The notes under the pieces: model-generated
What the model was told of the DNA's origin: nothing
The model's database searches: none
What the model saw: only the letters and a program-made list of their open reading frames with translations
Shown: positions 1-12,333 of the stretch, in pieces
Numbering within the stretch: the stretch's first letter is position 1
Layout of the letters: the number at the start of each line of letters is the position of its first letter
DNA from: Mustelus asterias
Taxonomy: Eukaryota
Reading direction: 5' to 3'
Assembly: GCF_964213995.1 (NCBI RefSeq)
Contig: NC_135811.1
Span: forward strand, 3,472,001-3,536,000
Length of the DNA: 64,000 nucleotides
Translations under genes and position numbers: made by a program

Positions 1-360
1 ACTCCAGAGACTTAAGCACATTCCACATTCCCAGCGATGCACTGATGAAGCATTGCACTGTCAGCGGTGCGGTCTTTCAGCAAGACCCCATCTGCCTTCT
101 CAGGTAGATGTAAAAGATCCCATGACACGATATTGAAGAGGAGCAGAGGCGATCTCCCGGAGCCAGTGTTTATCCCTCAGTCAACATCATGTCAAACTGA
201 TGATTTGGTCAATATCACTTTGCTATTTGACGTCTGTAAATTGGCAGTCGCATTTCCTACATTATTATAGTGACAATACCTCAAAAAAGTAGATTATTGT
301 CTGTAAGATTTTTTACCAACATCCTTAGATAGCGAAAGCTCTGTAGAAATGCAAGTTATT
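1..360 (+). mobile_element. DeuSINE (SacSINE1-like) relic
   Basis: Deu-domain-like GATGTAAAAGATCCCATGACAC..GAAGAGGAGCAG..TTTATCCCTCA; tail GCTCTGTAGAAATGCAAG. Confidence 0.7.
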
Positions 361-605
361 TTTCTCCATGCATGTACCTGGTCAGCAAGGGCTGCCGGGC
401 TTTGGGAAAGAACACCATCTGTCACCACCTTTCCAATATCCACAGTTCCGCTGACCAGGGAAAGGCTACTGGCTCAGTGACACACATCCCACTTATTGCT
501 GGCAGACTTCTCTTTCAGGTCTGTGAGGGCGCAGTGTCACTGACAACAATGTAGTTACTACATAAAATGTACAGCACAGAACAGGCCATTCAGCCCAACT
601 CCATT

Positions 606-822
606 GGTCAGTTTAGCTCAGTTGGCTGGACAGCTAGTTATTAATTCAGAACAACTCCCAACAGCGCCAGTTCAATTCCCGTACCGGCTGGTTATTCATG
701 AAGGCCCTGCCTTTCCAGCCTTGCCCCTCGCCTGAGGTGCGGTGATCCTCAGGTTAAATCACCACCAGTCAGCTCACCCCCTCAAAGCCTGTGGTCATCT
801 GGGACTCTGGCGACTTTACCTC
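606..822 (+). mobile_element. tRNA-derived SINE of a third family; second copy at about 18055-18215 (-)
   Basis: GTCAGTTTAGCTC..GTTCAATTCCCGT..CATGAAGGCCC..GCCCCT..CCTGAGG is shared by both copies. Confidence 0.65.
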
Positions 823-1494
823 CCCTACCTACTCAAGCATCCTCCACTTCACTTTATCTGAGCATATCTCTTTCTATTTCCTGCTCATGTGTTTATCTGG
901 CAGCCCCTTAAATACAGTCGCCCGAACTGTTCACTTTGGTTGTGAATTCCACGTCCTTACACTTTTCTGGGTAAGGAAAAGTTTCTCTTGAAACCCCTGT
1001 TCGATTTATTAGTGACTATCTTATATTTATGGTCCTATATTTGGACTTCCTCACAAGTGAAACCATTCTATCTTCTTAAACCTCTTTATAGATCCCTCTC
1101 AGTCTCTTTTCTACAGAAAATACCCCAGCCTGTCCAATCTTTCTAGTGATTGTATCTTCTGAGCCCTATAAACATCAAAAGGCCTTAGGTATTGATGAAA
1201 CACTTATAATCTATCAGCACACGTTTCCCACACATCCCGCACAATATAGCCACCGTTAATGGGTAGCTCAGCCGATCTGTTCCCAGGCACCATGAGAAAT
1301 GAGATTAAGAATTGCAGGGTTTTCTGTGCCCAGCAGAGGGCAGCAAATATGGAAGTTGCATCAGGAGAATCAACATTTCCTCATCCGAGACAGAAACCTG
1401 CTGTCTCTCCATATAGACCAGTGTCCTCTATGTGACACCACAGTCCAGGTACAGGCGATGGAACTAACTAATGCTTTGTTTCCTTTTCCTCCAG

Positions 1495-1629
1495 GTTTTC
1501 TTCCTCTCCTCGCCCAGCAGTAGCCCGGTGTACTGCCTCCGATTCACTACCTCGCACCTGTATGCTGCCTTGGCCCACGCACTTTACATGCTGGATTTTA
1601 CACACACTGACCCACAGCAGGGGAAGTAA
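1495..1629 (+). CDS. FBXW4: FBXW4 (F-box/WD repeat protein 4, dactylin) or close paralog, last coding exon
   Basis: Branch-point-like ACTAAC (1463-1468), pyrimidine tract and cag acceptor at 1494. Translates VFFLSSPSSSPVYCLRFTTSHLYAALAHALYMLDFTHTDPQQGK*, matching the recalled human C-terminus SSPVYCLRLTTKHLYAALSYNLHVLDF. Convergent with DPCD as in human. Not in the ORF track. Confidence 0.88.
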   Translation, partial: VFFLSSPSSSPVYCLRFTTSHLYAALAHALYMLDFTHTDPQQGK

Positions 1630-2876
1630 ACCTGTGAGCACCGTTATAAAGTGGGCATCTCAATACTGCACATCAGAAGCCAGTACAATGTCAACCAACA
1701 CTTCGAGACAGGGACTGCTCCTTCATACTCACAATGCGGGAAACCTTTTAAGGATCACATTTCGTTTTTTTTTAAAATAGAGGAGGAATCCTTTATTTGC
1801 ATCAAATTTTATATGACTAGTCTAATTGTTTGTAATTTCTCAACTGGTTCCTGCTGCTATCCTCACCTAAAGAAGCTGCCGAGGGCTGGAGCAATGTCTT
1901 GATGTTTGGAAGCAAATATTTTGTAAAAAGAGCATTGCATTTCTCTGGGATACTGCCTTGTTTCTCAAAAGATTCCACAGTGCTTCACATGTAATCACAG
2001 TTATTATGTACGCAAACACAGCAGTCAATCTGTGAACAAGATCCCTCAAACAGCGAATGAAAAATAACCAGAAATATTTGTTTTCAGCAATGGTGATTCA
2101 GGGAGAAACTCTGAACCATAAAAGCTGGGAAAATATCTTGCTGATTGAAGCCAGCCATGGAGTTTTCTAAGCAGGCAGATCAGGTTTTTACTTCATCTCA
2201 TTTAAAGCTCTGAAAATGTGGCACTCCCCTCAACATTGCTCTGAAGTTTCAGCTGAGATGGATGCACTAATTAATATTGTTTCCTTGGGGAAAAGAATCT
2301 AGCAGGGTTCCTGCTTTTGCTTGTCCGTTTGCTCCTTGTGAGCTAAGCTTAGTGGACACAGTCACAGCTTCTTGGGTAAAGGTATCTGTATCCCAATACT
2401 GAACAAAACTCCCATCAAACACTCCCAGGACAGGTACAGCACGGGGTTAGATACAGAGTAAAGTTCCCATTAGTGAAACCTTAAATCGAATCCAGGTGCC
2501 AAAGGTGAAAAAATACCTTGAACTTTAAAAACACAGAACAATACTTATAGGAACAGCAGGGTGAGGGTACGGTATCTGGATCATGGATAACAAGCAGGGG
2601 CCCCAGATGTCATTTGTAATCAACAGTTGGAATTAACAAGAAGGGAGCTATTCAGACATTGAACAGCTGGATGTTGTATTGGAAAGATAAGAGGATTGGT
2701 TTTCTGGAAAGATGTGATGCATCAGGTGAATAAACCTTGTGCTGTGCACAACAATGAGCAAAAATGTAATTTCATCAAGTTTTTAATACCATTATGTCAC
2801 TATCGCTCCTCCATTGTGTTGTCAGTGGGAGTTAAGACAGACAAATTTTAAACTCATTCAGATCGATTACATATCA

Positions 2877-3162
2877 GGGGCAGCATGGTGGCACAGTGGT
2901 TAGCACTGCTGCCTCACAGCGCCAGGGACCCAGGGTTCAATTCCCATCTTGGGTCACTGTCTGTGTGGAGCTTGCACGTTTTCCCTGTGTCTGCGTGGGT
3001 TTCCTCCGGGTGCTCCGGTTTCCTCCCACATTCTGAAAGATGTGCTGGTTGGGTACATTGAACCGAACAGGCGCTGGAGTGTGGCGAGTGTGGTTACTGG
3101 GAATTTCCCAGTAACTTAATTGCAGTGTTAATGCAAGCCTTACTTGTGACTAATAAATAAAC
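2877..3162 (+). mobile_element. tRNA-derived V-SINE (HE1-like head and core) with alternative tail
   Basis: A/B-box head GGTGGCACAGTGGTTAGC..GGTTCAATTCCC, V-core GGGTTTCCTCCGGGTGCTCCGGTTTCCTCCCACA, tail ...TTGTGACTAATAAATAAA. Same type at 44155-44418 (-), 48094-48240 (+) and 18265-18335 (-). Confidence 0.85.
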
Positions 3163-3751
3163 TTTTTTAAAAATCTATAACAGCCAGAAGGAGCATTTGT
3201 AACATTTATATCAAATGTTGAGGCAAATATTTGGTTACTAAAAACCTAAATATGCAATCAGAAAATACAGACTGTGAGAGTGATATATATTACAGGATAT
3301 ACCTCCTAAATACAAATCTTCACTTTGTAGCTATGTTGGGATTGGTGAATGTTGAGTGAAAGGAATAATGTGACCTGGTGATGATTGCCAGGATGATTAA
3401 CAGCCGTCCTCTTCCTGTACTAGAAGCATTGGCCCATGTGGGGTACAGTGCTTTAATCAAGTCCTTTCAGAGTGTTAGTCTCAGTAACTCTCCCGACCTC
3501 ATTGCCCTGATCCTCAGCACTAGAAACAAACTTAGGAAAAACATGACTAATTTCTCGGATAAAGGAGGTGGGGCATTGAATGGTGAGAAAAGGGGGGATT
3601 CAAGGGGAAAGATTTGTTCAATTTATTTTCTCTCCAAAGTGTCTGAAATCAGTAGATCCACTGGAACAAAGGAGTTCTGTGCCATTGAGACTGGCCAAGT
3701 AGTCGGAGGTCAGGAAATCACATATTGCACATTTAGTTAAAAAAAAACTAA

Positions 3752-3757
3752 TTTATT
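3752..3757 (-). terminator. Candidate DPCD polyadenylation signal AATAAA
   Basis: TTTATT on + strand about 265 nt after the stop codon, followed on the - strand by a U-rich tract. Confidence 0.6.
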
Positions 3758-4021
3758 GATGTTCTGCAATTTACAACATGACTGAGAAATTTCTAACCCT
3801 CCAAAATAACACCATTCCATCGAGCTTGCAATTTAATTTAAACCCCTATGCATAGCCATCAAGTTGTAATGATCTGGGCCACGAGGTTCACATTTAGCTG
3901 CACAGATGCTAAACACACAATTAAAACACCACTTCTTACCCCGCCCCATCCCTCAAAATAGGATTCTGCACTCAAGTAGATTTAGACAGGTCAGTGTGCT
4001 TTAAATGGTGAGTGTTCAGAT

Positions 4022-4126
4022 TCACTGTGTTTTACAGTCCACATCTCCACCCCCCGTCAGCTTCACTGTCTTCAGCTCCTGCACCATCTCCTGTTCCAGC
4101 TGCAAGATTTCGGTTGGCTTTTTATA
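4022..4126 (-). CDS. DPCD: DPCD coding exon 6 (last)
   Basis: cag|YKKPTEILQLEQEMVQELKTVKLTGGGDVDCKTQ*; ends DCKTQ as in human. Confidence 0.95.
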   Translation of the reverse strand, partial: YKKPTEILQLEQEMVQELKTVKLTGGGDVDCKTQ

Positions 4127-5866
4127 CTGGGGAGGAAAGAAATTTCAATATATAAAAATATTTCATAATCTATTGCCACAACCATGGCATACGTCTTGTA
4201 GCTTCCAAACCCCACAATAGTTGTTAGAGATAAAAGAACAAAGAAAATTACAGCACAGGAATAGGCCCTTCGGCCCTCGAAGTTTGCACTGACCATGCTG
4301 CCCGACTGAACTAAACCCCCTACCCTTCCGGAAAGAATAGTAAATAAACGGCAAGCTTATAATTCTCACCACCACATGCCACTTCTGCATCCATTTTTGG
4401 GGAAAAAAAAGTTATTTTCTTTGCATAACTATCAATTGCAACGGCTCATCAAGGATCCTTCGACAGACCCTTCCAAACCTGTGACCTCTACCATCTAGAA
4501 GGACAAGGGCAGCAAATACATGGAACGCCACCACCTGGAAGTCCACTGCTATCCTGATTTTCAACCATAATCACTGTTTCTGGGTCAAAATCCTGGGACA
4601 CCCCAATAGCACTGTGGATATACCTACACCACATGGACTGCAGGGGTTTGAGAAAGCAGCTCATCACCATCTCAAGGGCAATTGGGGATGGACAATAAAA
4701 GGAACTATGCCTGGTGTTTTAAACATAAAAAGGTAATTATAAAGGTGTGAAGATAGAGCTGGCTAAAGTGAACTGTGAAACTATGTGGAAAGATGGATAG
4801 TAGGGATGCAGTGACCGTCTTTTAAGGAAATAGAAACATAGAAAACTACAGCACAAAACAGGCCCTTCAGCCCCACAAGTTGTGCCGAACATATCCCTAC
4901 CTTCTAGGCCTACCTATAACCCTCCATCCTATTAAGTCCCATGTACTCATCCAGGAGTCTCTTAAAAGACCCTATTGAGTTTGCCTCCACCATCACTGAC
5001 GGCAGCCGATTCCACTCACCCACCACCCTCTGTGTGAAAAACTTCCCCCTAACATTTCCCCTGTACCTACTCCCCAGCACCTTAAACCTGTGTCCTCTCG
5101 TAGCAGCCATTTCCACCCTGGGAAAAAACCTCAGAGTCCACCCGATCTATGCCTCTCAACATCTTATATACCTCTATTAGGTCTCCTCTCATCCTACGTC
5201 TCTCCAAGGAGAAAAGACCGAGCTCCCTCAGCCTATCCTCATAAGGCATGCCACTCAATCCAGGCAACATCGCCTCTGCACCCTTTCAATCTTTTCCACA
5301 TCCTTCCTGTAATGAGGCAACCAGAACTGAGCACAGTACTCCAAGTGGGGTCTGACAAGGGTCTTATATAGCTGCATCATTATCCCCGGACTCCTAAACT
5401 CAATCCCTCGATTGATAAAGGCCAGCACACCATATGCCGCCTTAACTACCTCCTCTATCTGCGGGGCCGATTTTAGAGTCCTATGGACCCAGACCCTTCT
5501 GATCCTCTACAGTACTAAGAGTCTTTCCCTTTATATTGTACTCCTTCATCCCATTTGACCTGCCAAAATGGACCACTACGCATTTATCTGGGTTGAAGTC
5601 CATCTGCCACTTCTCTGCCCAGTCTTGCATCCTATCTATGTCCCTCTGTAACTTCTGACATCCCTCCAGACTATCCACAACCCCATCAACCTTCGTGTCG
5701 TCGGCAAACTTACCAACCCATCCCTCCACTTCCTCATCCAGGTCATTTATGAAAATGACAAAGCAGCAAGGGTCCCAGAACAGATCCCTGGGGCACACCA
5801 CTGGTGACCGCCTTCCATTTAGAAAAAGACCCATCTATACCCACTCTCTGCCTCCTTTGGGCAAGC

Positions 5867-6899
5867 ACAGTAAGAAGTCTCACAACACCAGGTTAAAGTC
5901 CAACAGGTTTATTTGGTAGCAAATACCATAAGCTTTCGGAGCAATGCTCCTTCGTCAGATGGAGTGGTCTCTGTTCTCAAACAGGGCACAGACACAGAAA
6001 TCAAATTACAGAATACTGATTAGAATGCAAATCTCTACAGCCAGCCAGGTCTTAAATGCACAGACAATGTGGGTGGAGGGAGCATTTAACACAGGTTAAA
6101 GAGATGTGTATTGTCTCCAGACAGTACAGCTTGTGAAATTGTGCAAGTCCAGGAGTCAAGCTGCGGGGGTTACTGATAATGTGACATAAATCCAACATCC
6201 CGGTTTAGACCGTCCTCATGTGTGCGAAACTTGGCTATCAGTTTCTGCTCAGTGACTCTGCGCTGTCGTGTGTCGTGAAGGCCGCCTTGGAGAACGCTTA
6301 CCTGAAGATCCAAGGCTGAATGCCCGTGACTGCTGAAATGCTCCCCCACAGGAAGAGAACAGTCTTGTCTGGTGATTGTCGAGCAGTGTTCATTCATCCG
6401 TTGTCGTAGCGTCTGCATGGTTTCCCCAATGTACCATGCCTCGGGACATCCTTTCTTGCAGCGTATCAGGTAGACAACGTTGGCCGAGTTGCAAGAGTAG
6501 GTACCATGTACCTGGTAGATGGTGTTCTCACGTGAGATGATGGCATCCGTGTTGATGATCCGGCACGTCTTGCAGAGGTTGCTGTGGCATGGTTGTGTGG
6601 TGTCGTGGTCACTGTTCTCCTGAAGGCTGGGTAGTTTGCTGCGGACAATGGTCTGTTTGAGGTTGCGTGGTTGTTTGAAGGCAAGAAGTGGGGGTGTGGG
6701 GATGGCCTTGGCGAGATGTTCGTCTTCATCAATGACATGTTGAAGGCTCCGGAGGAGATGCCGTAGCTTCTCCGCTCCGGGGAAGTACTGGACGACGAAG
6801 GGTACTCTGTCCACCGTGTCCCGTCTTTGTCTTCTGAGGAGGTCGGTGCGGTTTTTCGCTGTGGCACGTCGGAACTGTTGATCGATGAGTCGAGCGCCA
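5867..6899 (-). mobile_element. 5'-truncated Penelope-like retroelement (GIY-YIG endonuclease plus 3' pLTR) nested in a CR1
   Basis: ORF 6170-6925 contains VVYLIRC...YIGET...LRQRMNEH...GLN (GIY-YIG). Flanked by the 11-bp TSD TTTGGGCAAGC (5856-5866 and 6900-6910). Confidence 0.92.
5926..5962 (-). ncRNA. Minimal type I hammerhead ribozyme in the Penelope 3' end
   Basis: CCAT CTGACGA A GGAGC att GCTCC GAAA GC TT ATGG: stem I, core, stem II, GAAA, palindromic mini stem III. Confidence 0.8.
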
Positions 6900-7603
6900 T
6901 TTGGGCAAGCCAGTTCTGGATCCACAGGGCAGCAGCCCCTTGGATCCCATGCCCTCTCACTTTTTCTAGAAGCCTTGCATGGGGGACCTTATCGAACGCC
7001 TTGCTAAAATCCATACAAACCACATCTACCGCTTTCCCTTCGTCAATGTGTTTAGTCACATTTTCGAAGAACTCCACCAGGCTCATAAGGCACGATCTGC
7101 CTTTGACAAAGCCATGCTGAGTATTCTTGAGCATACTAAACCTCTCTAACTGCTCATAAATCTTGTCCCTCAGGATCTTCTCCATCAGCTTACCAACCAC
7201 TGAGGTTAGACTCACCGATTGGTAATTTCCTGGGCTACCCCTATTCCTTCTTGAAAATAGGAACCACATCCGCAATCCTCCAATCCTCCGGCACCTCCCC
7301 CGTCTCCATTGACGACGCAAAGATCATCGCCAGAGGCTCTGCAATCTCTTCCCTCGCCTCCCACAGTAACCTGGGGTACATCCCATCCGGACCCGGCGAC
7401 TTATCTATCTTGATGCCATTCAAAGATTCCAGCACAACCTGTTAAATTCCACATACTCAATCTTTTCAGTTCGCCGCAAGCCCGCAGTACATCCACCCAG
7501 GTCCTTCTCCTCTGTGAAAACCGAGGCAAAATACTCATTAAGCACCTCTGCCATTTCTACTGGTTCTGTACAGATTTTCCCGCCTTCACCTTTTATAGGC
7601 CCT

Positions 7604-9228
7604 AAGGCATTGGTTATAATTTTCCAAAATTATCCAACATTTAAATTCAGGAATGGTCTCATTGGATTGGAAAATAACCAATATAAAACTTGAATTCAAG
7701 AAAGGAGACAGAAAGAAAGCAGGAAACTATAGGTTAGTTAGCCTAACATCTGTCATAGGGAAACTGCTAAAGGCTATTATTATGGAAGTTATAGCAGTAT
7801 AATTAGAAAATCATAATGGGATCAGGCAGAGTCAACAAGGTTTTGGGAAGAGAAATGGTATTTAACTCATTTATTAGAATACTCTGAGGAAATAATAAGC
7901 AAGGTGGATACAGATGAACCTGTAGATGTGATGTTCTGGGATTTCCAAAGACATTTGATAAGGTGTCACATCAAAATAAGGGCTTATGATGTATGGGTAA
8001 CATGTTAGCATGGATAAAGGATTGGTTAGAAAACCAGAAGCAGAGAATAGGGATAAATGGGTCTTCTTTGGGTTAGCAAGTTGTAACCTGTGGAGTACCA
8101 CAAGGATCAATGCTGGAGTCTCAACTGTTTGCAAACTATATCAATGACTTGGAGGAAGACACTGAATGTATGGTAGCTAAATTTGCCAAAATAGGCAGGA
8201 AAGTAAATTAGAAAGGAGGTAATGAGTTCACAAAGGAATTTAAATACGTTAAGTGAGTGTTCAAGAAAGGAAATAGAAATGACCCTGGTAATTATAGGCC
8301 AGTTAGTCTTACTTCGGTGGTCAGTAAGTTAATGGAAAAGGTTCTGAGGGATAGGATTTATGACCATTTGGAAAGATGCAGCTTAATCCGGGATAGTCAA
8401 CACGGCTTCGTGAAGGGTAAGTCTTGCCTCACAAATTTGACTGAATTTTTTGAGGTGGTAACTAAGTGTGTAGATGAAGGTAGAGCAGTTGATGTCATAC
8501 ACATGGATTTTAGTAAGGCGTTTGATAAGGTTCCCCATGGTCGGCTCATGAAGAAAGTAAGGAGGTGTGGGATAGAGGGAAGTTTGGCCGATTGGATAAG
8601 TAACTGGCTATCTCATAGAAGACAGAGGGTGGTGGTAGATGGAAAATTTTCAGACTGGAAACCGGTTACCAGCGGTGTGCCACAGGGATCAGTGCTTGGT
8701 CCTCTGCTCTTTGTGATTTTTATCAATTACTTGGAGGAGGGGGCTGAAGGTTGGGTCAGTAAATTTGCTGATGACACCAAAATTGGAGGAGTAGTGGATG
8801 AGGTGGAGGGCTGTTGTAGGCTGCAAAAAGGTTGAACAGGTTGGGCCTATCCCATGGGAGTTTAGATGAGTGAGGGGAAATCTTACTGAAACATACAATT
8901 CTGTGAAGTCTTGATAAGGTGGGTACAGGAAGGATGTTTCCTCTTTTGGGGGTAACTAAAATTAAGAGTTTAAGGATAAGAGGTCTTCTTTTTAGGATGG
9001 AGGTGAGGAGAATATTTTTCACTGAGGGTTGTTAGTCTGTGGAATTCTGTTCCCAGAAAGCAGTGGAGGCTCAAGGCTGAGTTAGGTTTTTGATAGACAA
9101 GGGAGCCCAGGATTATGGGAACAAACAGGAAGATGGAGTTGAGACCACAAAACGCAGCCATGGTCTTAAATGGCAGAGCAGGCTTAAAGGGCCAAATGGC
9201 CTACTCCTGCTCTTAAGTCCTATGTTCC
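7604..9228 (+). mobile_element. CR1 LINE fragments (older copy plus a younger piece at 8257-8830)
   Basis: [28 protein letters not shown]; CR1 3' end GGCCTACTCCTGCTC. Confidence 0.85.
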
Positions 9229-9397
9229 TCCATTATAATTACACAACCATTAGTCCACTCCCTTCACCTCTACCTTTGATGGGCAGATCTCAACAAAACC
9301 AATGGTCATTTCTTTCCTGCATTGATTTCCATCTACATTCTCTCAAACCCAAGGAGTGCAGGCTTGAGTGCAACTAACAATCAGTTTAACACCATCA

Positions 9398-9610
<213 letters not shown>

Positions 9611-10561
9611 TCAGTGTCAGTACACAAAAAGGAAAAGGATAGCTAAAGTGAGCATTGGTCCCTTAGAGGGTGAGACGGGTGAATTAATAATGGGGAACAA
9701 GGAAATGGCAGAGATTTTGAATAAGTATTTTTAATCTGTCTTCACACTAGAAGGTACAAAAAGCCTCCCAAGAATAGTTTAAAAAAAGCAGGAGGCAGAA
9801 TTAAGGTGAAACAATGATCACTGGACAAAACAAATATGAAAAATGGAATGAAAGGTTGACCAGCTCCTTTATTCAAGATAGATAAAAGGGAACCAGTAGA
9901 TGGATTTCCAAAAAGCATTCGATAAAAGACTATAGCACAACATAAGAGCTCATGGTGTTGGGGGTGACATAGACAGAGGATTGATTGACTAATTGGAAAC
10001 GGTTAAAATAATTGGGTCACTTTCCGGTTGGTAAAGTGTAACTGGCAGAGTGCCGAGGGACCAGTGCTGGCTCCTCAACTATTTACAAGCTCCATTCATG
10101 AGTTGTATGATGGGACTGACTGCCTTGTAGCTAAATTTGCTAATGATACAATAGATACAATAGTTCTGCAAAGAGATATAGAATAGTTAGCGAGTGAGCA
10201 AAAACGTGGCAGATGGAGTACAATGTAGGAAAATGTGGTTACCCACTTGCTCGGGAAAAATAGAAAAACAATATTATTTAAATTGAGAGAGACTGCAGAC
10301 CAAGCTAGACTCCCACCGACTATTCAAGGTCTGAAAGACATAACAGACTACAAGATGAAGGCAAGTAAAATCGCCAGCTCCAATGCACCCCTCTCCAATG
10401 AGCTCAATGCATTTTATGCTCATTTTAAGCAAGAGGTCAGCGAGAGCACGCCCTCCATCCTGGAAGTCTCAGATGAACCTGTATCCGAGATCACCATTGC
10501 TGATGTCAGATCAGCCTTCTCAAAAGTCGACCCACAGAAAGCGACTGGCCCGGATAGGGTA

Positions 10562-10775
10562 GTCATGATGTGGAGATGCCGGCGTTGGACTGGGGTGAAC
10601 ACAGTAAGAGTTTTAACAGCACCAGGTTAAAGTCCAACAGGTTTATTTGTTAGCAAACACCATTAGCTTTCGGAGCGCTGCTCCTGCGTGACGAAGGAGC
10701 AGCGCTCCGAAAGCTAATGGTGTTTGCTACCAAATAAACCTGTTGGACTTTAACCTGGTGCTGTTAAAACTCTTA
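10562..10775. mobile_element. Fold-back (inverted) Penelope pLTR insertion
   Basis: About 82-bp inverted arms at 10604-10685 and 10695-10776, homologous to 5870-5950; 12-bp TSD CCGGATAGGGTA (10550-10561, 10776-10787). Confidence 0.88.
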
Positions 10776-11320
10776 CCGGATAGGGTACCCAGACAAGCAC
10801 TCAGATCCTGCGTGGACCAGTTGGAGGGGGTAATCGCAGACATCTTCAACTTCTCTTTAGTGCTTCGAGAGGTTAGTCATGGAATGAATCAATTCCTGCC
10901 TATCAGACTACCTGGATCCACTACAGTTCACCTACCACCGCAACAGGTCCACAACAGATGCCATCTCCCTGGCCCTGCACTCAATCCTGGAACACCTAGA
11001 TTACAAAGATACCTAGGTATTAACTACAGCTCAGCCTTCAACACCATTATTCCTACGAGACTCATCTCCAAACTCCATGGCCTACAGCTCGGCTCTTTGC
11101 TTTGTGACAGGATCCTAGACTTCCTAACCCACTGACTGCAGTCAGTAAGGATAGGCAACAACACCTGCTCCACAATCCATCCTCAACACCGGTGCACCGC
11201 AAGGCTGTGTCCTCAGCACCTTACTATACTTATACAGCTTTGACTGTATGGCCAAATTCCCCTCTAAGTTTGCTGATATCACCACCATTGTGGGTCGGAA
11301 CAATGATGAGACACAGTTGT

Positions 11321-11667
11321 GGGTAGCACGGTAGCACAGTGGTTAGCACTGCTGCTTCACAGCTCCAGGGACTTGGGTTCGATTCCCAGCTTGGGTCACT
11401 GTCTGTGTGGAGTTTGCACATTCTCCTCGTGTCTGCGTGGGTTTCCTCCGGGTGCTCCAGTTTCCTCCCACAGTCCAAAGATGTGCGGGTTGGGTTGATT
11501 GGCCATGCTAAAAATTGCCCTTAGTGTCCTGAAATGCATAGGTTAGAGGGATTAGTGGGTAAATATGTAGGAATATGGGGGTAGGACCTGGGTGGGATTG
11601 TGGTCGGTGCAGACTCAATGGGCCGAATGGCCTCTTTTTGTACTGTAGGGGTTCTATGATTCTATGA
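11321..11667 (+). mobile_element. HE1-like V-SINE with CR1-type tail
   Basis: tRNA-like head, V-core, tail GGGCCGAATGGCCT...(ATTCTATG)n. Confidence 0.88.
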
Positions 11668-12045
11668 GCACAGGAAAGAATGAGAGAATCTGGTGAACTG
11701 GTGCAACGACAATAATCTCTCCCGCAATGTCAGCAAAATGAAGGAGATAGTCAAGGACTTCAGGAAGCAAGCAGGATGAAATATAAAAGTGGAAAATCTT
11801 GTTACAACTGTACAAGGCATTGGCGAGACCTCACCGAGAGTACCATGTACATTTTTACTCTTAAGGAGGAGTGCATTGGAAGGTCAGAAAGAGATCATTT
11901 GGTTGATTCCTGGGATGAAAGGGTTTGACTTATGAGCAGGTTACGCCAATACTCATTGGAATTTAGAAGGATGAGAGGTGGTCTTATGAAACATAAGATT
12001 CTGAGGGGGCAAGACATGGTAGATGTTCAGAGACCATAAGAGTTA

Positions 12046-12333
12046 TCATAGAATCCTACAATGCAGGAGGCGGCCATTCGGCCCACCGAGTCTGAACCGA
12101 CCACAATGCCACCCAGGCCCTATCCCCATAACCCCATGCATTTACCCTAGCTAATCCCCCTGACACTAAGGGACAATTTAGCACGGCCAATCCATCTAAC
12201 CCGCACGTCTTTGGGAGGAAACCGGAGCACCCGGAGGAAATCCACGCAGACACAGGGAGAACGTGCAGACTCCGCACAGTGGCCCAAGCCGGGAATCGAA
12301 TCCGGGTCCCTGGCGCTGTGCCACCGTGCCGCT
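12046..12333 (-). mobile_element. HE1-like V-SINE
   Basis: Reverse-complement copy of the same family. Confidence 0.88.

Larger units (their letters stand above)
4831..7603 (-). mobile_element. CR1-clade LINE (HER1-like), interrupted by Penelope
   Basis: RT motifs [32 protein letters not shown]; 3' tail (TTTCTATG)n. Confidence 0.92.
10277..11770 (+). mobile_element. Rex1/Babar-clade LINE fragment
   Basis: [57 protein letters not shown]. Confidence 0.8.

Noticed and set aside
2877-2950. tRNA genes
   Set aside because: A/B-box-like sequences are SINE heads continuing into SINE cores; there is no full cloverleaf.
3378-3740. 120-aa + strand ORF between FBXW4 and DPCD
   Set aside because: No recognisable homology or splice context; probably UTR or intergenic sequence.
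6466-7320. 284-aa ORF as a novel RT fusion
   Set aside because: Chance read-through across the CR1/Penelope insertion junction, with frameshifted ends.
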